64,000 bases of DNA from Perna viridis. Its lineage: Eukaryota. Positions within the stretch are counted from its first letter, which is position 1. Each line of letters opens with the position of its first letter. A program made the position numbers and the translations under genes. The notes beneath the pieces were generated by a model, which saw nothing but the letters and a program-made list of their open reading frames with translations, was not told the DNA's origin and did no database searches. Below are positions 42,801 to 57,800 of the stretch, piece after piece. The stretch is taken from the NCBI GenBank assembly GCA_037379345.1, contig CM074513.1, positions 25,730,001 through 25,794,000 on the forward strand, read 5' to 3'.

Positions 42801-45800
42801 CATTAAAACACATACATGTAACTTATATTAGTGTTTTGGACTGTCCCACAGTATACTTTTAAAGATGTAAAATTAAAATGCTTTATCTTAAAATAAACAT
42901 TGATTATTTAAATCGTAACTCAACTCAATTAGAGTTCAATTAAAGTTCAGATGTAAATTAAGGAACTATTGCAATGTGTTCATTATTTGGAAAAATGTGA
43001 CTGAAAATCAATATCTCAAAAATGAGTAATATCATAGAATTCTTAACAACAGTAATATGGAATAATTCTCAAAAACACAAAAAGAATGAAATTAAAGTTT
43101 TTACTAAAATGATAAAATTAAATTTATGAATTACTGCATGCTATTTCTGAATTTACTTTATTTTTTCCACAGTACCTCCACTGCAGCATTGGTAATTTTT
43201 GTGTGTAATTAGTCCTGGTATCTTTTTTAAGGTAATGGTAGAAAATATCTTAGTACATTTTCTGCTTTGAGGAGGCCAAAATAAAAACATAATAAAAACC
43301 TACTGTTAACACAAAGCCATTCCTGGTGATCAAAGTTCTGATTCTCTGACATTTCAACACTGCCTGAGAAAGAATCACCAGTAAACAGGGAACAGTTCTG
43401 TGTGACAGTCTCAAGGTCAAATCCATCACATACTGGAGCTTCCATTTGAGCCAAGCAGGCACCTCTACATGTGGATACATCACCGTTGCTAGGGATTGTT
43501 GATATGGCATTACCCATTACAGCCTGGTTTTTCTGTTCATACCAAGCAATATCCAAAATTCCACAAGAATCTTTTCAAGAAAAGCAATAAAATTAAACAA
43601 TATTAGCAAAAGCACATTGAAATTCATATGAAATAACACACAGAAAATAATTTATCATAGTAAGTTATCCTGATAGAAAAAAACATTTTGAAAACAGATA
43701 AATTTTGGTATTGAAGATACTTTTGTTTGAGCAAACAAGGTGTCCTTATCAGTTGCTTTTGATTTTGAACTACCTTATAAAAAAAACTGTATACTCTTTT
43801 GAGGTAGATACAACCTCTTTTCATTTGTCCTATTTTGTTAAAGCGTTTGTATCCTGTATCGATTCCAAGGTTTAAATCCAAATTTAACAGATTTTTATAG
43901 TTTTTTTTCATTGTATTTTCCCACCACTGTACCTGGTTAGGGGAGGTTTAACCCTGCTATATACTTTATGTGTCTGTCCCAAGCCAGGAACCTGTTGCCC
44001 CGCTATATACTTTATGTGTCTGTCCCAAGCCAGAAACCTGTTGCCCCGCTATATACTTTATGTGTCTGTCCCAAGCCAGGAACCTGTTGTCCCGCTATAT
44101 ACTTTATGTGTCTGTCCCAAACCAGAAAACTGTTGTCCCAATATATACTTTATGTGTCTGTCCCAAGCCAGGAACCTGTTGTCCAGTGGTTGTTATTCTT
44201 TTTTATGTTGTTGTTTTTTTTCTTTCTACATTTTTTCTATAGAACAGTCAATTTTCTTCCTTTATGAATAGTTTCACTTCATTTATTTTGGGGCCTTTCA
44301 CAGCTTGCTTTTTATGTTATGTGTTTTGTCCATCGCAGAAGATCGTGTGGTGACCTGTAGAAGTTTAATTGTTCATTGCCTGACTTTTGGTGGACGACTC
44401 CATCATTGGCAATCATACCACATCCCCTATTTTTAATATTGCTCAATACTAAATGAACAGAGTAAATCAGGCATAATTCTAATTGTGAAAATAACTTTTA
44501 AAAAATTATAGGAGATTTAAGCCAATACCCTGGTTTCTTTCAGACAGTCTAGTTGTTAATGAATAAATATTTGGGCAAATTCAAGTTTTGCCTATTACAC
44601 TCGCCAGTGTTCAGTTAATTTAAAATCATTATGGACGTCCACATGCATGAACAACATTTTGATTCTAAATTTTCATCTTAATATAAATAAACATGTATTG
44701 TATGCACTTGTGAATCCATGTTTGAGTTAATGCATACCATCAGCTGTTTGCCACTGTGTATAGTTGGTTTTAGGATCACAATATTGGTGTATATTGTTTG
44801 GGTTAAATTCTCCAGGTTCATAACACACATTATCTATCAGACAGGCACTAGTCTGGAAATACATGTAAAAATAATATCAGTAAGTGAAGGAAAACTAGAA
44901 TTGATTGACAAAAAATGAAAAAAACAATGTGTTCCGCATCCAGGGTGCTCATTTACTTTTGTTCATTGTTATTTTATGTTCTTTGTTGTGTGTCATTCTC
45001 TTTATCTTGTTGTTATCCCTGGATTGTGTTCTTTCTTTCTTAACATATCAATCCAAGTTCCCTTGATTTCCACCAAAAACTTCAGTTGAGGAGCCAAACA
45101 TCAATATGATAGCAATATTATTGTTTAAATCAGAGACATAGTCTTATGGAGAAACAATGTTTTTCATTTCAGAAAAGAAGAGCAGTGGTAATTTTTCAAC
45201 AAACTTTGGTTGCACAATGTAATTGCAAAAGCAAATTTGCATACTAGAAAGACAACTGTGCATAACTCCTGTAAATAAACACTCTTCAAAAAGCTAGGCT
45301 TGTGTATTCAAGTTATCAAAAATAAAAGCTAAAAGTTTAATGATGAATTGCATAGAACTACTTGTACAAAGACAAACCATGCCTACAGATTGTAAGCTTG
45401 AGCTCAATGTTATTGAGGAGAAAACATGTCTAAAAATTAGAGACTGCTATCAGAGATCATTATTTCCTTAGTAAGTAATAAAAACATATTACTGATAATC
45501 AATTTCACCGTGTAACTGTTAATTCCAGGGGCGGATCCAGGATTTCAGTTTAGGGGGGCATTGATTGAATTAAATGCCGTGCAAAGCAAGGCAGAAAAAT
45601 ATTATGAGGTGAAACTTGTGGTGAAAATTTTTTTTCTTACTGATTTAGGGAGCGTACGCCCAGCATGCCAGTCCTTGGATCCGCGCCTGAATTCTATATA
45701 CCAATACATTTAACTTCATCAAGAATGAATACAGACTTATTCAAAGTTATAAAAAATGGAATATGGAATATATACATATTTCAGTTCATGCATTTGTGAA

Positions 45801-48800
45801 TAATTTTAGTACACACTGATTTATGTTATAAAATCAATTTATTATGTGAAGCATTCATAATGTCAAAGCATGTGATTAAGCATTAAAAATCACACTGACA
45901 ACACAATTCTTTTATTTTGCTTTAAACAGGTCAATTCAAAATTATCATTTGAAACGAGATGCAATACAATGTACTATAATTGTTAATTGATTATCTACAA
46001 CAAATGATTTTTTATCTGACCAAAATATTGGACTTTAAATTAATACGGCTCTGTAACCAAAAAGCTTTTGTTAAGCAAGATCTTTTGCTGATTTGTAGCT
46101 GCATGCAAAATTACTTTCAATGAATCAATGACCATTACAAACAATGTTACATTAAAATCCATGATTTTAATTGACATGAATATAAATACATGTAGCTGCC
46201 AAGTGAAGTCAAAATTACCTGTATGGTTGACTGTAAACAAAAAGAAGGATTACTATGTAATTGGAAATTATCTATCAAGAAAAAGCAATGGACAAAAAGG
46301 AACTAATAAAAATAAATGTGTATACTATAAGTGAAGTATAAAGAAATATATTTGCTAATAGAATATCAATAGGTAGTTGAAATAAAGTACAATCTACAAA
46401 ATTGAAAGTACTGCCATGACAACTGAAAAATAAGTAAAATAGGAAACTAGAACTTTCAAATTATTACAGGTGAAAAAAATAACAAGTGTTTTATCAAAGG
46501 TAGACATGTCTTTCACAGAACAGAGACCATATGACTATTCCTTACCTTTTCTGTACAGGTGAGAGTTTCTACATTACAGGTGAAACACAGAGAATCGTAG
46601 ACCATGTAGCTAGCAGGTTGACTGACTATCTCTCCTGTGTTGCTATTACTGATTTTAATCTTGTAACTACCTTTAGATGGAGGTAAACATTCTAATTCAT
46701 TGTATGTGACAAATGTAGCGTTTACTCTGACATCCCCTCCAACTTCTTGGAATGTATTACCACTTTGCTGTAAAAACAGACTTAAGGTTAGGAATTTCTT
46801 TGATTGCAAGATGGCATATATAATGAATACAATGATACTTTGTTTTGATTCTATGGTACTTCTCTTTAATGAACAATGTTGTTTTGATTCTATGATACTT
46901 CTCTTTAATGAACAATGTTGTTTTGATTCTATGATACTTCTCTTTAATGAACAATGTGGAATGACTGAGATTCAAGATGTTTATTTCCATTTAAGCAAGC
47001 CGGGCTGACTTGCTTTTGAAATCAGAACCAAATGAATGAATGACAGTCCTGATATCATTGGGAATTTGTCAGACCCTCTAAACTGACGTTATCTTCCATG
47101 TATCAATTTAATCCAATGGAACAGTGTAGCAAATAAGAGTTGTCACATTTTGAGACGTATACTGTCAATGTATTAATATTCACGACAGCTAATTTTTGCG
47201 GTTTTGAAAAGTCGACATTTTCGTGGATATTAATTTTCGCAGTTCTTAAGGTTGAAGAAATTAAGTTTTTCAATAGTCTCGGCATTGTGTGATCTCTCAT
47301 TTGATCAGTTATTTTACCATTAATATTTCAATGAAATTAATGACGGCCATTAATACGACAATAACAAATTGATGAGTCCACATAGTTTCCTATGGCCATT
47401 TTAATCTAACATTGTATTCTATTTAAAACTAAAAAAGAACTCACTTAATTGCCCAAGCCGCAGCTAATTGTAGGGATTAACTTTTGACACTTTAATTGCA
47501 TGTTTACGCATCAACTTTTACCTGAAAGTTATCAGCGTGTGTAAAATGGAATATTTTATCGGTAGCATGTGTTTAATTCTAACATTTTGTTCTTTTTATG
47601 AATAAAAAGCTTGTACAGTATTGATTTCTATTCATTGTACTGTATGGCCATTGATACAAATATGTAAACAAGATCATGAATTTAGAAATTATAACTCACG
47701 TGCTTTTACCATATATGTTTTTGTAATAGACTTAGTATAAGTTCATACTTGATTGCATTGAATAATACGATCCTTACTCAAAAACGACATTTCTATTTAA
47801 AATTGTGGAAACCATGATTAGAACAGTCAAAAGACATAGTAATATGAATATTTTTTCGCTGGTTCTAATTTTCGCGTGCTTGACTCAACAGCGAAAAAGT
47901 GAAAATTAGTACACCATGAAAATTAATACGTTGACAGTATATATATCAACAACTGTAAAAAAAAAATTATTTTGATTTCAGTAAGATATACACTTCAACA
48001 GTACCTCTAGTTTAGTAAAATAGCAGCTGAGAGTGTCCAAATCAATAATTTTTGATGTAAAAAGATTGATGACATCACATGTACTAGTTCTGAGATCACA
48101 AAGTCCATCCCCATCTATAAATAGTATCTTTGGAACATCTGTGTCACTGATGCCACAATCTACTCCTAGTTGACCGGTGTCACACTGGCAGACTCCTGAA
48201 AAACATCAATCAATAAGGAATCCCTGATAACTTTCCATTATGCAAAATCTATCAAAAAATTTACATAATTCTTGCTGTTTTAATTGTTTAATTGCCTAAA
48301 AAAAGAATGAGGTCACTTTTTACATTGTTTGTTGCCATAAAAAGGAAGGAACTATTTTTTTTATCTAATTGATATGGCAGTAAATATTGGTAATGAAGCA
48401 TCCTCAAAATAGATTAAGGAGAGAATCTGAACCAAGAAACAAACTTAACATGGCCTACACATGAAGATAATAATGGTAAAGAAATGAAATTCACATTCTT
48501 TAATATTTAAACATATAAAGAAATAAAATTAAAGCTCCTTCATCAACCAAATATTTTTGACTACCTTGCACTACCTCAAATCTTTCTAATACTTAAGTAC
48601 CAGTCCACATAAAATTCAGACACTGCCGATTCATGGGTCAGAAAAACCCACCAAACAAACAATGCTTTTTTTAGTCTACATATGCTATACTTTCACATAA
48701 CAACCATCTTTTCTGCATTAAAATCTGCACTTTTAAGAAAATCATATATTCATCTCAATCTGAAATCAACCAAATCAAGCCAAATCAAGAACGATAACTC

Positions 48801-51800
48801 TTCTACAGTGTAAATTTCATGTACAATCTGTATGATTTTTATCTCAAAAGTGCATCAACCTAATAAAAAACTAAGACTGGTTATGTGATCGGTAACTGTT
48901 TCTGAACAAGAAATAAAACTGAATTTGGTGGGTTTTTAACATGCATAAATCACCTTCTGTCTGATTTTTATAAAGACTGCTACTTAATTAACCTAACAAA
49001 AAAACAAATTCATTACAATTCATGGAATAATGATAACGTACCATCTACGCACTTTCCTGCATTTGTACAATCAGCAAGACACAACTGTCCAAGAATTTCC
49101 TCAGGTGGGCCTGGATTTGGGCATGTTTGAGTGGCTGTTGTCCATGTACTCATGTTGTAAGGTAACAGTATCTGTGCTTGCTGTTTCATGTTTTCTATCA
49201 CAGTTTGATACCATAGGGAGGAGTCAGTTATCTGATGCCAAATTTAAATATTCAAATTACCAGTACATATACATCATAGATTGCATAAAAAATGAAAATA
49301 AATCACAAGTACATTCAGGCAACTCCCATTATTGTTTCAATAATACTTATTTAGTTTATATTCTATTTGAATGCATTAAAGCACATAATGAAATGTGGGA
49401 AAAAAGAATTAATCATAAACAATGAAACTACAAAATGATTCCTTTTTAAGGCTTATAAAATAATAATTGACAGGATGAAATGTTAACCAAAATGTAACTT
49501 TTTGGGAACATAAATTTGACATCCCCAAGTAGAAACAAATCTTTTTTTCCTTTGAGAATAAAATAACTGAAGACAAAAGAGACAGTCGTGAAAAAAGTTT
49601 GCTGCATATGGTTCCAATGGAATCATTGTCTTACCTGTATGTCCTGTACACAGTTCTGGAAAGCCTCATCAAACATGACACCTGGAACAGTCTTCAGTAT
49701 TTTATAAGAAGAAGATAAGCGAACCTGATTGCATTGGTATATAGCCTGCGGCTCACTCAATCCTCCATCAGATGGCCACTTGGGAAGCTACATTGTACAG
49801 CATTGTAAAAGCAAGTGCTTATTGATACTTATTAAAATACACTTATACAGAGAGAAGATATGCTAGTGCCTAAATCAATACATGTAGATAGTGAAGTCTT
49901 ACATACTACATTTCTTTGTCATTGAATGGACACATATTTCTCTATTTTAGTTCTTGAATATAATATCATTAATTCATTCTTTGTCATAACACAGTTGTTA
50001 CACCTGGAAAAACCATAAAGGACTGCAATCGACAAAAATAGAATGATCTAAAGCATGTTAAGATGGCTACTACATCTGATGCAGCATTCAATATAAACTT
50101 ACAGGTTCAGAGTGACTGGCGTCATATTCAAAGTCAGGGTACTGGAATTGTCCCACATCAGATGTACATTTTGTTGGAAACAATGACTTGTTAACTAGAT
50201 TCTGTGTGATATCAACACTACCTGTAATACACAAATTACTTGTTTATTAAAAATACAAATTGCAAATGAAATGGAAATTTAACAATGGGATGACTTAATC
50301 ATTACTAATTATTTCTCCAACATAATGATTGCAATCCAGTAATTTGGTCTAAAATTACTTATTGTTGTGTTTGAGGTTATGGTTATAATTCTTACAAGTT
50401 TAGTCAGCTAAAACCATGACTGTAATTATTGTTTTTTGCAGTATAAGATTTTCAACTTATTTTTAAGTAGCAGTCTTTGTAAGAATCATGAAAATTCTGT
50501 AAAATTTTATACACCCCAAAAAAGGCTACACATTTTTATTTTTGTTATTAAGTTGCTTTATAGGTCTGTATGATGAAATGTATAATTATTCATTCCAATC
50601 TGTGTGCTCTTAGAAGATAATCCACATTGAAAATCCAACAGTTTCTATTGCATTTCAGTGTCATTCACAGATTTATCTCTCTTAATTTTGAATTATACAG
50701 TGCATTCTACATAATATTTATTTCTTATGAAAAAGGGTTCTATTAAAAGCTACATAATATTTTCCGTTTACTTAAGCAAGTTAAACAAAATATCAAAAAT
50801 AAAAATATGCAGGCTTTCCAACCAGGTATCACACTTTGCATGATTCTTAGCTGGAATGCTACTTAAGTACAAATAACTATCATCGCCTTCCACTTACCAT
50901 CATTTTCAAAAGGGCAGGTAATTCTGTCAAACTGTTCTCCACAAGTCTGATTTTCCTTACAGAAACAGAAGGAATCAGGTTTAGAGTTCTTGAGGTCTGC
51001 TAATGGACAGACTCCAGTGTACAAAGTCTCTGCTTGTTGAACTCTACAAACAAACACAGAAATTTAGGATGAGAAGACTTGTTTTTTTTCCTATAACAAG
51101 AATAAAAAAAAAACAAAATCCAGGGAAGTAAGTACTTCAACTGAAATCTTAAATTTATTTATCAATAAAAACTGAAAGAAATATAATATTAGGAAGCCAT
51201 TTGCCTTAAATGGATTTCATGTCATTAACCATTTTTGTTAAATTTGATTTACAATAAATTCATCTGTGGGAGCCATCAAAAGACAGTCCAAATATTTGTG
51301 ATATTATTGGTCAAACAGTTCAAGGATTGGCAAAGAATGCCTTGTTTTACCACAAATGCTAGAAGTTTTCTTTCAAAAATATCTGAGGAGTTCCAATCAA
51401 ATAACATATGGGTCTTCCAAACGTTTTGTCCAGCAGGTGTTTTGAGTACATTTCAAAGCTTTTACTTGACAAATGTTTCTAAAGTGGACAATATGATAAA
51501 TTTTTAGACAAATTTCAATACATTTCAGTGCAAGTTTTACTCACTTCTTTAATTTAATATACCTCAACAATTTGCTATTTTAAGTTTGTTCACCTCATAA
51601 AAATTGCAATATTATCTGTAATGAACTATACACTTACCTCCAACTAAGAGAAAATGTTTCAGCTCGGGTGTTTACAATCTTGCCTAAGACACCATCAGAA
51701 CCCATGATGTCATCTGAAGGATCATCATTAAAGTTTCCACACAAACCTACAAAGAAAAAAAAACAATGAGAAATCTATAGAACTATGACCACCTAAACAG

Positions 51801-54800
51801 AGAGAAGTTTGAAGTTTCCATGAGAAAAACTATTTCTCCATATAAATGTACAAGTCTACTAATATAGTTCATAAGTCAGGTCATCTACTTATTAATATAT
51901 TTTATATTATAAAATAATTTTCTAAATGATCATTTGCAAAATAGAGGTACATGTAATATTTTTTTTCTTTCTCATTTAAACCTACAATATTACAGTGTAT
52001 GAATTGGAAAAGGTAAAACGTCAATTTATTTTAAAGTAAGACAAATTCACAGTTCATTCACAAAGCAGGTTAGCAAACAGCTTAATTTTACACATATACA
52101 TACTGATTCTCCTCAAATTTATGAATATTCATATCTTTTGACCAATTTAACAGGATATAATCAAAATTACCTGAGGTCTGGCCAAAGTCTGCTGCAGAGG
52201 CTTTCAACCAAACATTTAACAAGTTATAACTTGGTACAGCACTTCTCATGATGGTGACAACAGTGCCAGTCGGGAAAACAGCCTAAAATAATCATATATA
52301 TATATAAATACATGTAAATCACATTTCATTTCTGTTTTCTAGTTTCTCAAGTTCTGTATTGGAATAAATTTAATATGAATTTATCATAGCTTTTGCCAAA
52401 ATATTAAATCATAAGGAATGTTACTAATATCAGAATATATTATCTTGTATAAAGAACTTTGGTTTGATTTACACATAACATAAACCGCTTTACTGTTTAT
52501 TCTGTATAAATTGTACCAAATCTCTTTATACAAGATATCATTGACTAATGTTCGAATATTGGCCTAAATATGATCAAAACTGCTAATACAATACAAAATA
52601 TAAAAGTGTGCCAGTACAGGAATTAGCCGTCTAATAGATTTTACCCATTCAAAACGTCATATTGGCCTGGTTAAAATTCATATTAGGCTAGTTAGTCAAT
52701 AAAGGTATAATTGTGTAAGGTTTTCCACATTGGCTGAGTTATTGGTCCGAGGCTAGCCATATCGAACTGAGGCATAGACAAACTTCTATTTGAATTCAAA
52801 TATGTCATTACAATATGTAATCATCATAGAGAAAATTTTATATTCAAATTAAAACATTGCAACAATATTTTACCATTCAGGAAATAACTAATGCTTTTGA
52901 TTATGTGGTTTCTTCAGATACAGATCGTGGTCGGCGGATCACTTTGTACTTTCGGTATTTGATAGCATAAATATTAATAAAATATTATTTTGTGTTCCAC
53001 CACAGATTCATGTTCAATTATTGGTTCGTACCAAGTGGTACATTTCAGCTGATATCCCAGATAAACCAAAAATAGAATTAATGGAAGTTGGTTTGTATTA
53101 ATAAACAAGGTAATTTAAAAATCTAAGTAAAACCTACCTTAACCATCCTCCCTTGGAAGTACTGGTAAACTTTAAATCCAGGATGAAGTTTACCATTCCT
53201 GAAGAGTTTAACCTTAATTGGGTATGTAGCTGTACTGGATGCAGCAGATGGACCACATTTATCAACAACCAAGACATCATCTTCAATTCTGACTGCCACA
53301 GCACAGTTACAGGAAGCACCTCCTGGACATTGACGATACATGGCATGAACACTGTACGGTAGGGTCTTGTGACGATACAATACAAATTCACCTTCACGGT
53401 ACAAGTTATAGTAACTGTAAAAAAACATAAGTGATTATAAGTACAAACAAAAACAGTGAAAAACCTAAACCTTTTTATCTAAACTGCAAAAAAGAATAAA
53501 TATTCCAGTTTCAAACTGAAAACCACACCTTGTTACATAAATGATGAAAATACAATTGTAGTTTTTGGTTAGTACTGCTTGGCTGTTTTCGGTTCCTTTT
53601 TTGTGTGCATTATTTTTTGTTATTTTTTGTTACCTTTCTTCTGTATTTTTTATTTACTTACGTCTGGTCGAATGTTGTGATATGTGGATCATTGATAGAT
53701 ATACATAATGCTCTTCTATCTCTGTCAATCACATTCAACTGTAATAGAAAAACCTTATTTTAGTACTGATACATAAAATATCTTAAAATAATCTTGATCA
53801 TGCTGTTTATATTTTAAATAAGACTCTATAAACCAATAGGTTAGGTTACAATACAAAATAAATATACTATTCAACCATTTTTGTTATGGATTTAATGGCT
53901 GTTTAAAAGTACATAATCGCTTAATATCAATATCAAAATCATATTAATCTCAGAAATTTAACTTCCTGTTGGAGGCTATAATGACAGGGTATGGGTGATG
54001 GCCTTGAGCCATTTTTTCCACAAATTCCTTTTTCAATCTATATATTGATGTTAAAATGAAGAAATTAAACATTTTTTTAGTAATCATGGAAATACCTTCA
54101 TGTATTTTTTGTTGATATTGGACTGTTCTGTCATTCCATTGACCATATAATCCACACTGACATTTAAACCTCTTTCTTGGTCTCCATCAATCTTGTTATC
54201 TAAAGTAGCCTTGATCTTCAACATGTACTTGGCATCCATCCAATTCTCATTGGTTACCATGGCACCACATACTGGTTCCTTGTCCATTTGAACTAATTGA
54301 CTGGTGACTTGTTCTATCACACTGTCACAAGGACATTTAAGCTCATCACCAACTGTGGGTTGTAAAAGTTTGATAGAGAAAGAGCAGTTGTCTGACACTG
54401 AAAGACCTCTGTTCCTGCAGAGGACATAAGGAGGAGCTGTAACAGTAACCTTGAACTCTGAGGCATCCTCACCTTCTGCAATATCATGGCTGTCTGGAGC
54501 TTCAATCTAAATAGGTAGAAGGTTTGAAAAAATAAGTAATTCCGGTTTAGACTAAAAATAATTAAAAACATGTTGTACCAAATATACATCTCCATAGTTT
54601 CTCTAGTGAGCATGTGACCTGAATCAGTTAGCATGGCAGGTGTCCTGTAAGAAGCAGGAACAGTTCATCATTTCAGAGCACCGGGGTTCACTCCCATTTT
54701 AGTGCTGAAGTTTTTGGTGCACATTAACTGTGTGTTACTTGCTTTTTTTTCAGCTAATGTGTTCTCAAACATGTTTTTGTCAATTGGTTTTCCCTCTTTG

Positions 54801-57800
54801 ATATTTCTCTTTTCATTGGCACTTCAGTTGTTTATAGACCCATGATTGTGATTGATCACCAGTTTCTACCAACAATGAATCTTTGTCTATTTCAAAATAA
54901 TCAAATTAAAATCAATTCATATGACTTCTTTAAAATATGAACCAATACACATTTAATGATTTTTTGGTAATTCCTGCAACCATTGTTTTAATTGATCTGT
55001 TGTGATAATTTCAGCCAATATCCTTACCTTGATAGTAGCTGTATACATATCAGACATGGAGAATTCTGCTCTATTGTTGTCACAGTCCTCAGCATTACAT
55101 ACAGTTACTCCACATTCAACCTACAGATATAAACCACAGACAAGTTTTTACAAATATAAAACAAATACAAAACTAATTCTTAATCGTCACAAAACATCAA
55201 ACTAAGTTACTAATTCACTCCACAGGAGTGAATGTGAAAGTTCTTATCAGTTTTTTTAATAGTGAGTTTAAATTCAAATGATAGCAGAAAAGTTACTATC
55301 ATAGAGATGCACACTTAATAGCAATACTTTAATACCCAATACATGAAGTAGTAACCACAATAAGATTGAAATCATTTGTTGACCATTCCAAAACTTGAAG
55401 GATAATTTTGTATCATATATAACTGGAACTAACAAACAAGACACCAGAAAATTCTCAACTGTTTGGGATGTCATCAACTTCAAGAACTTTTTTTGGAATT
55501 ACCATGGAAGTATTCTTAGACTTAAGTTTAAAGTTTGGTGGCATTGGGGCCTGGGCTTTAAATACATTTGTACATGTAATCAAGCAACAAGTTTTTTTTT
55601 ACAAATACATACTTCTACTGCAGACTCCGAAAACTCTAAAACTAATAAAAAAATGACTATACATGTACTTACAGTTGACCCATCCTGAATCTCATTAGCA
55701 AGCATGTCATCTAGATAGAAGTCAGTATAGTTCACTGATGGTGTTGTTACTGTCAAGAACTTCCCGTCAACCTTCCATAGGACACTATACATTAATGGCG
55801 TGTTACTCTCCACTTTATCAAACTGACATTTAAAGCTATCATTACCAGGTCCATAGAATGTTGGCATCACATGGATATCTGAAGCTTTGGGTGGTCTCTG
55901 TGCGCCAGACTCTATACCTAGAAACAGTTAACAGTTGTGTAGATTTTGCTATTTTCAAATACCATCACCATGGTTTTGCTTCAAATACTGAATAAGGATT
56001 GCCAAGGACTGCCAAGGAAAATGTTGACTGATTCAACCTTGACCTGAGTCTCTTGGTAGGTCCTGACAAGCTAGTATCTTATTTCAATTTTATTAATTTA
56101 TTAATTTGTTGCCATATATATAATATGTAAAAACAAGAAAATTAAGAAAATAATTTAGGAAATAAATTCCATCTGCTTGGATTAGTAAAATTAACATTTT
56201 TAATTACCTTAATATAACAATAATCATTAGCTTAAATATATCTTAATGTCATGAATGTGTTCTTTTTTAAATGAATTTCCATCTTTAACATTCTTGTGAA
56301 CTTAATTTTGAAGATCTTCCTTAGAAACATCAAAAAGAACAATCTATCTAAAACAAATAGCTTCTCAAAGTCTTCTAACTTTCTATTCAACTTTGACCTA
56401 GATGAGCAACTATAACTTCTATTAATATCTTTAAAATCATTTTAATAAAAAAAACTCCAATGTCATTGAATTCTTTTCTCCTAAAATGAAAACACTTTTC
56501 ATTACCAACTAGTGATACACTATAATACTAGTACAGACTTCTACGATTCTATTCTATCCCAATGTTAACTATAATAATCTATCCCAATGTTAACTATAAT
56601 ATTCTATCCCAATATTAACTATAATAATCTATCCCAATGTTAACTATGATATTCTATCCCAATGTTAACTATAATATTCTATCCCAATGTTAACTTTAAT
56701 ATTTTATCATGATGTTAACCTATATCAAAAACACCAATATACTTATTATCATAAATAATTGCATTCATATAGTACTTGTGAATCATTCCATCAGTAAACA
56801 AATTGGTTATATCAACATTATACTTTAGTTGTAGTTATGACACATTTTTAATTCAAGGTACCCAAATTTCTCTTTTTTTTTCAATATATAAATAGAACAA
56901 GATATCAGTACAATGATTACTTTAACAAACAAAACCAGTAGAAATACACTGGAAGAATTTATTTTGTATCAATATTTTTGTGGTTTTGTAAAAAAATTAA
57001 AAAGTTCTAGAAGATTAGATTTCTTTTTTTCTTTTCATCATCACTGTTTAAAACATAACTGACAATTCAATTTGGAATTTAAAGTTGTGGTTCAATCTGC
57101 CCCGGAAAATCAAGAAATTATTGTGACCGTATTAATTTTGAAGGTTGCTAATTTTCACAGATTCTGTCAAGTGAACATATTTGTTATCAATTTTGGCAGT
57201 TTAAAAAAATGATAAGTGTTATATAAAGTGATTAAACAATCAATTTGTGAGTACTATCTTTCACGCTTTCTCTCCACTGTGAAAACAGTAAAAACTGGTA
57301 TATCATGAAAATTGATACAGTCACAGTAAGTGTCCAACCTAAACAATACTTTCACCACTATCCATTGAATTCTTTTATCAATATGGTACATTGAATCAAC
57401 AACTTAACCTTAGAAATGGAGTTTTACATTGGTATTACTGTCTACATGCATATTGATAACCCAGTGCTCAATTTACCTGTATCATTTTTAGTGATATTGT
57501 TAGTAAAATATTCCCCTGTAACATCATTAAAACATGAGTAATACTAGTTCATAAAGTATTGTATAATAATGGCACAATGAAATAATTATTGACCCTTTGA
57601 GAGCTTATATCTTTAATTACCATCCATCCACACCCCCAAAGGAGGGCATCCTCTTGCCTATATTGTGGTGCAGTTATAATTAGGTTAAAACGGAAAAAGT
57701 TTGTGTAAATATTGGTTTCCGACAACTTAAACATGCATATGCACAAATACAGGAGATGGGAAATGATGGTCTGTCTAAAAAAATAATTACTATAAAAATT

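Noticed and set aside
43968-44271. Three overlapping plus-strand ORFs with repeated peptides
   Set aside because: They are translations of a 46-bp minisatellite cycling through reading frames, inside an intronic repeat.
46700-47008. ORFs with TTLFIKEKYHRIK or CFDSMILLFNEQC repeats
   Set aside because: Artefact of a 39-bp intronic minisatellite; no splice support or homology.
54620-54800. Fragment resembling a common mussel-type interspersed repeat (a similar inverted fragment at about 2640-2780)
   Set aside because: Too degenerate to define boundaries or class without a repeat library search.
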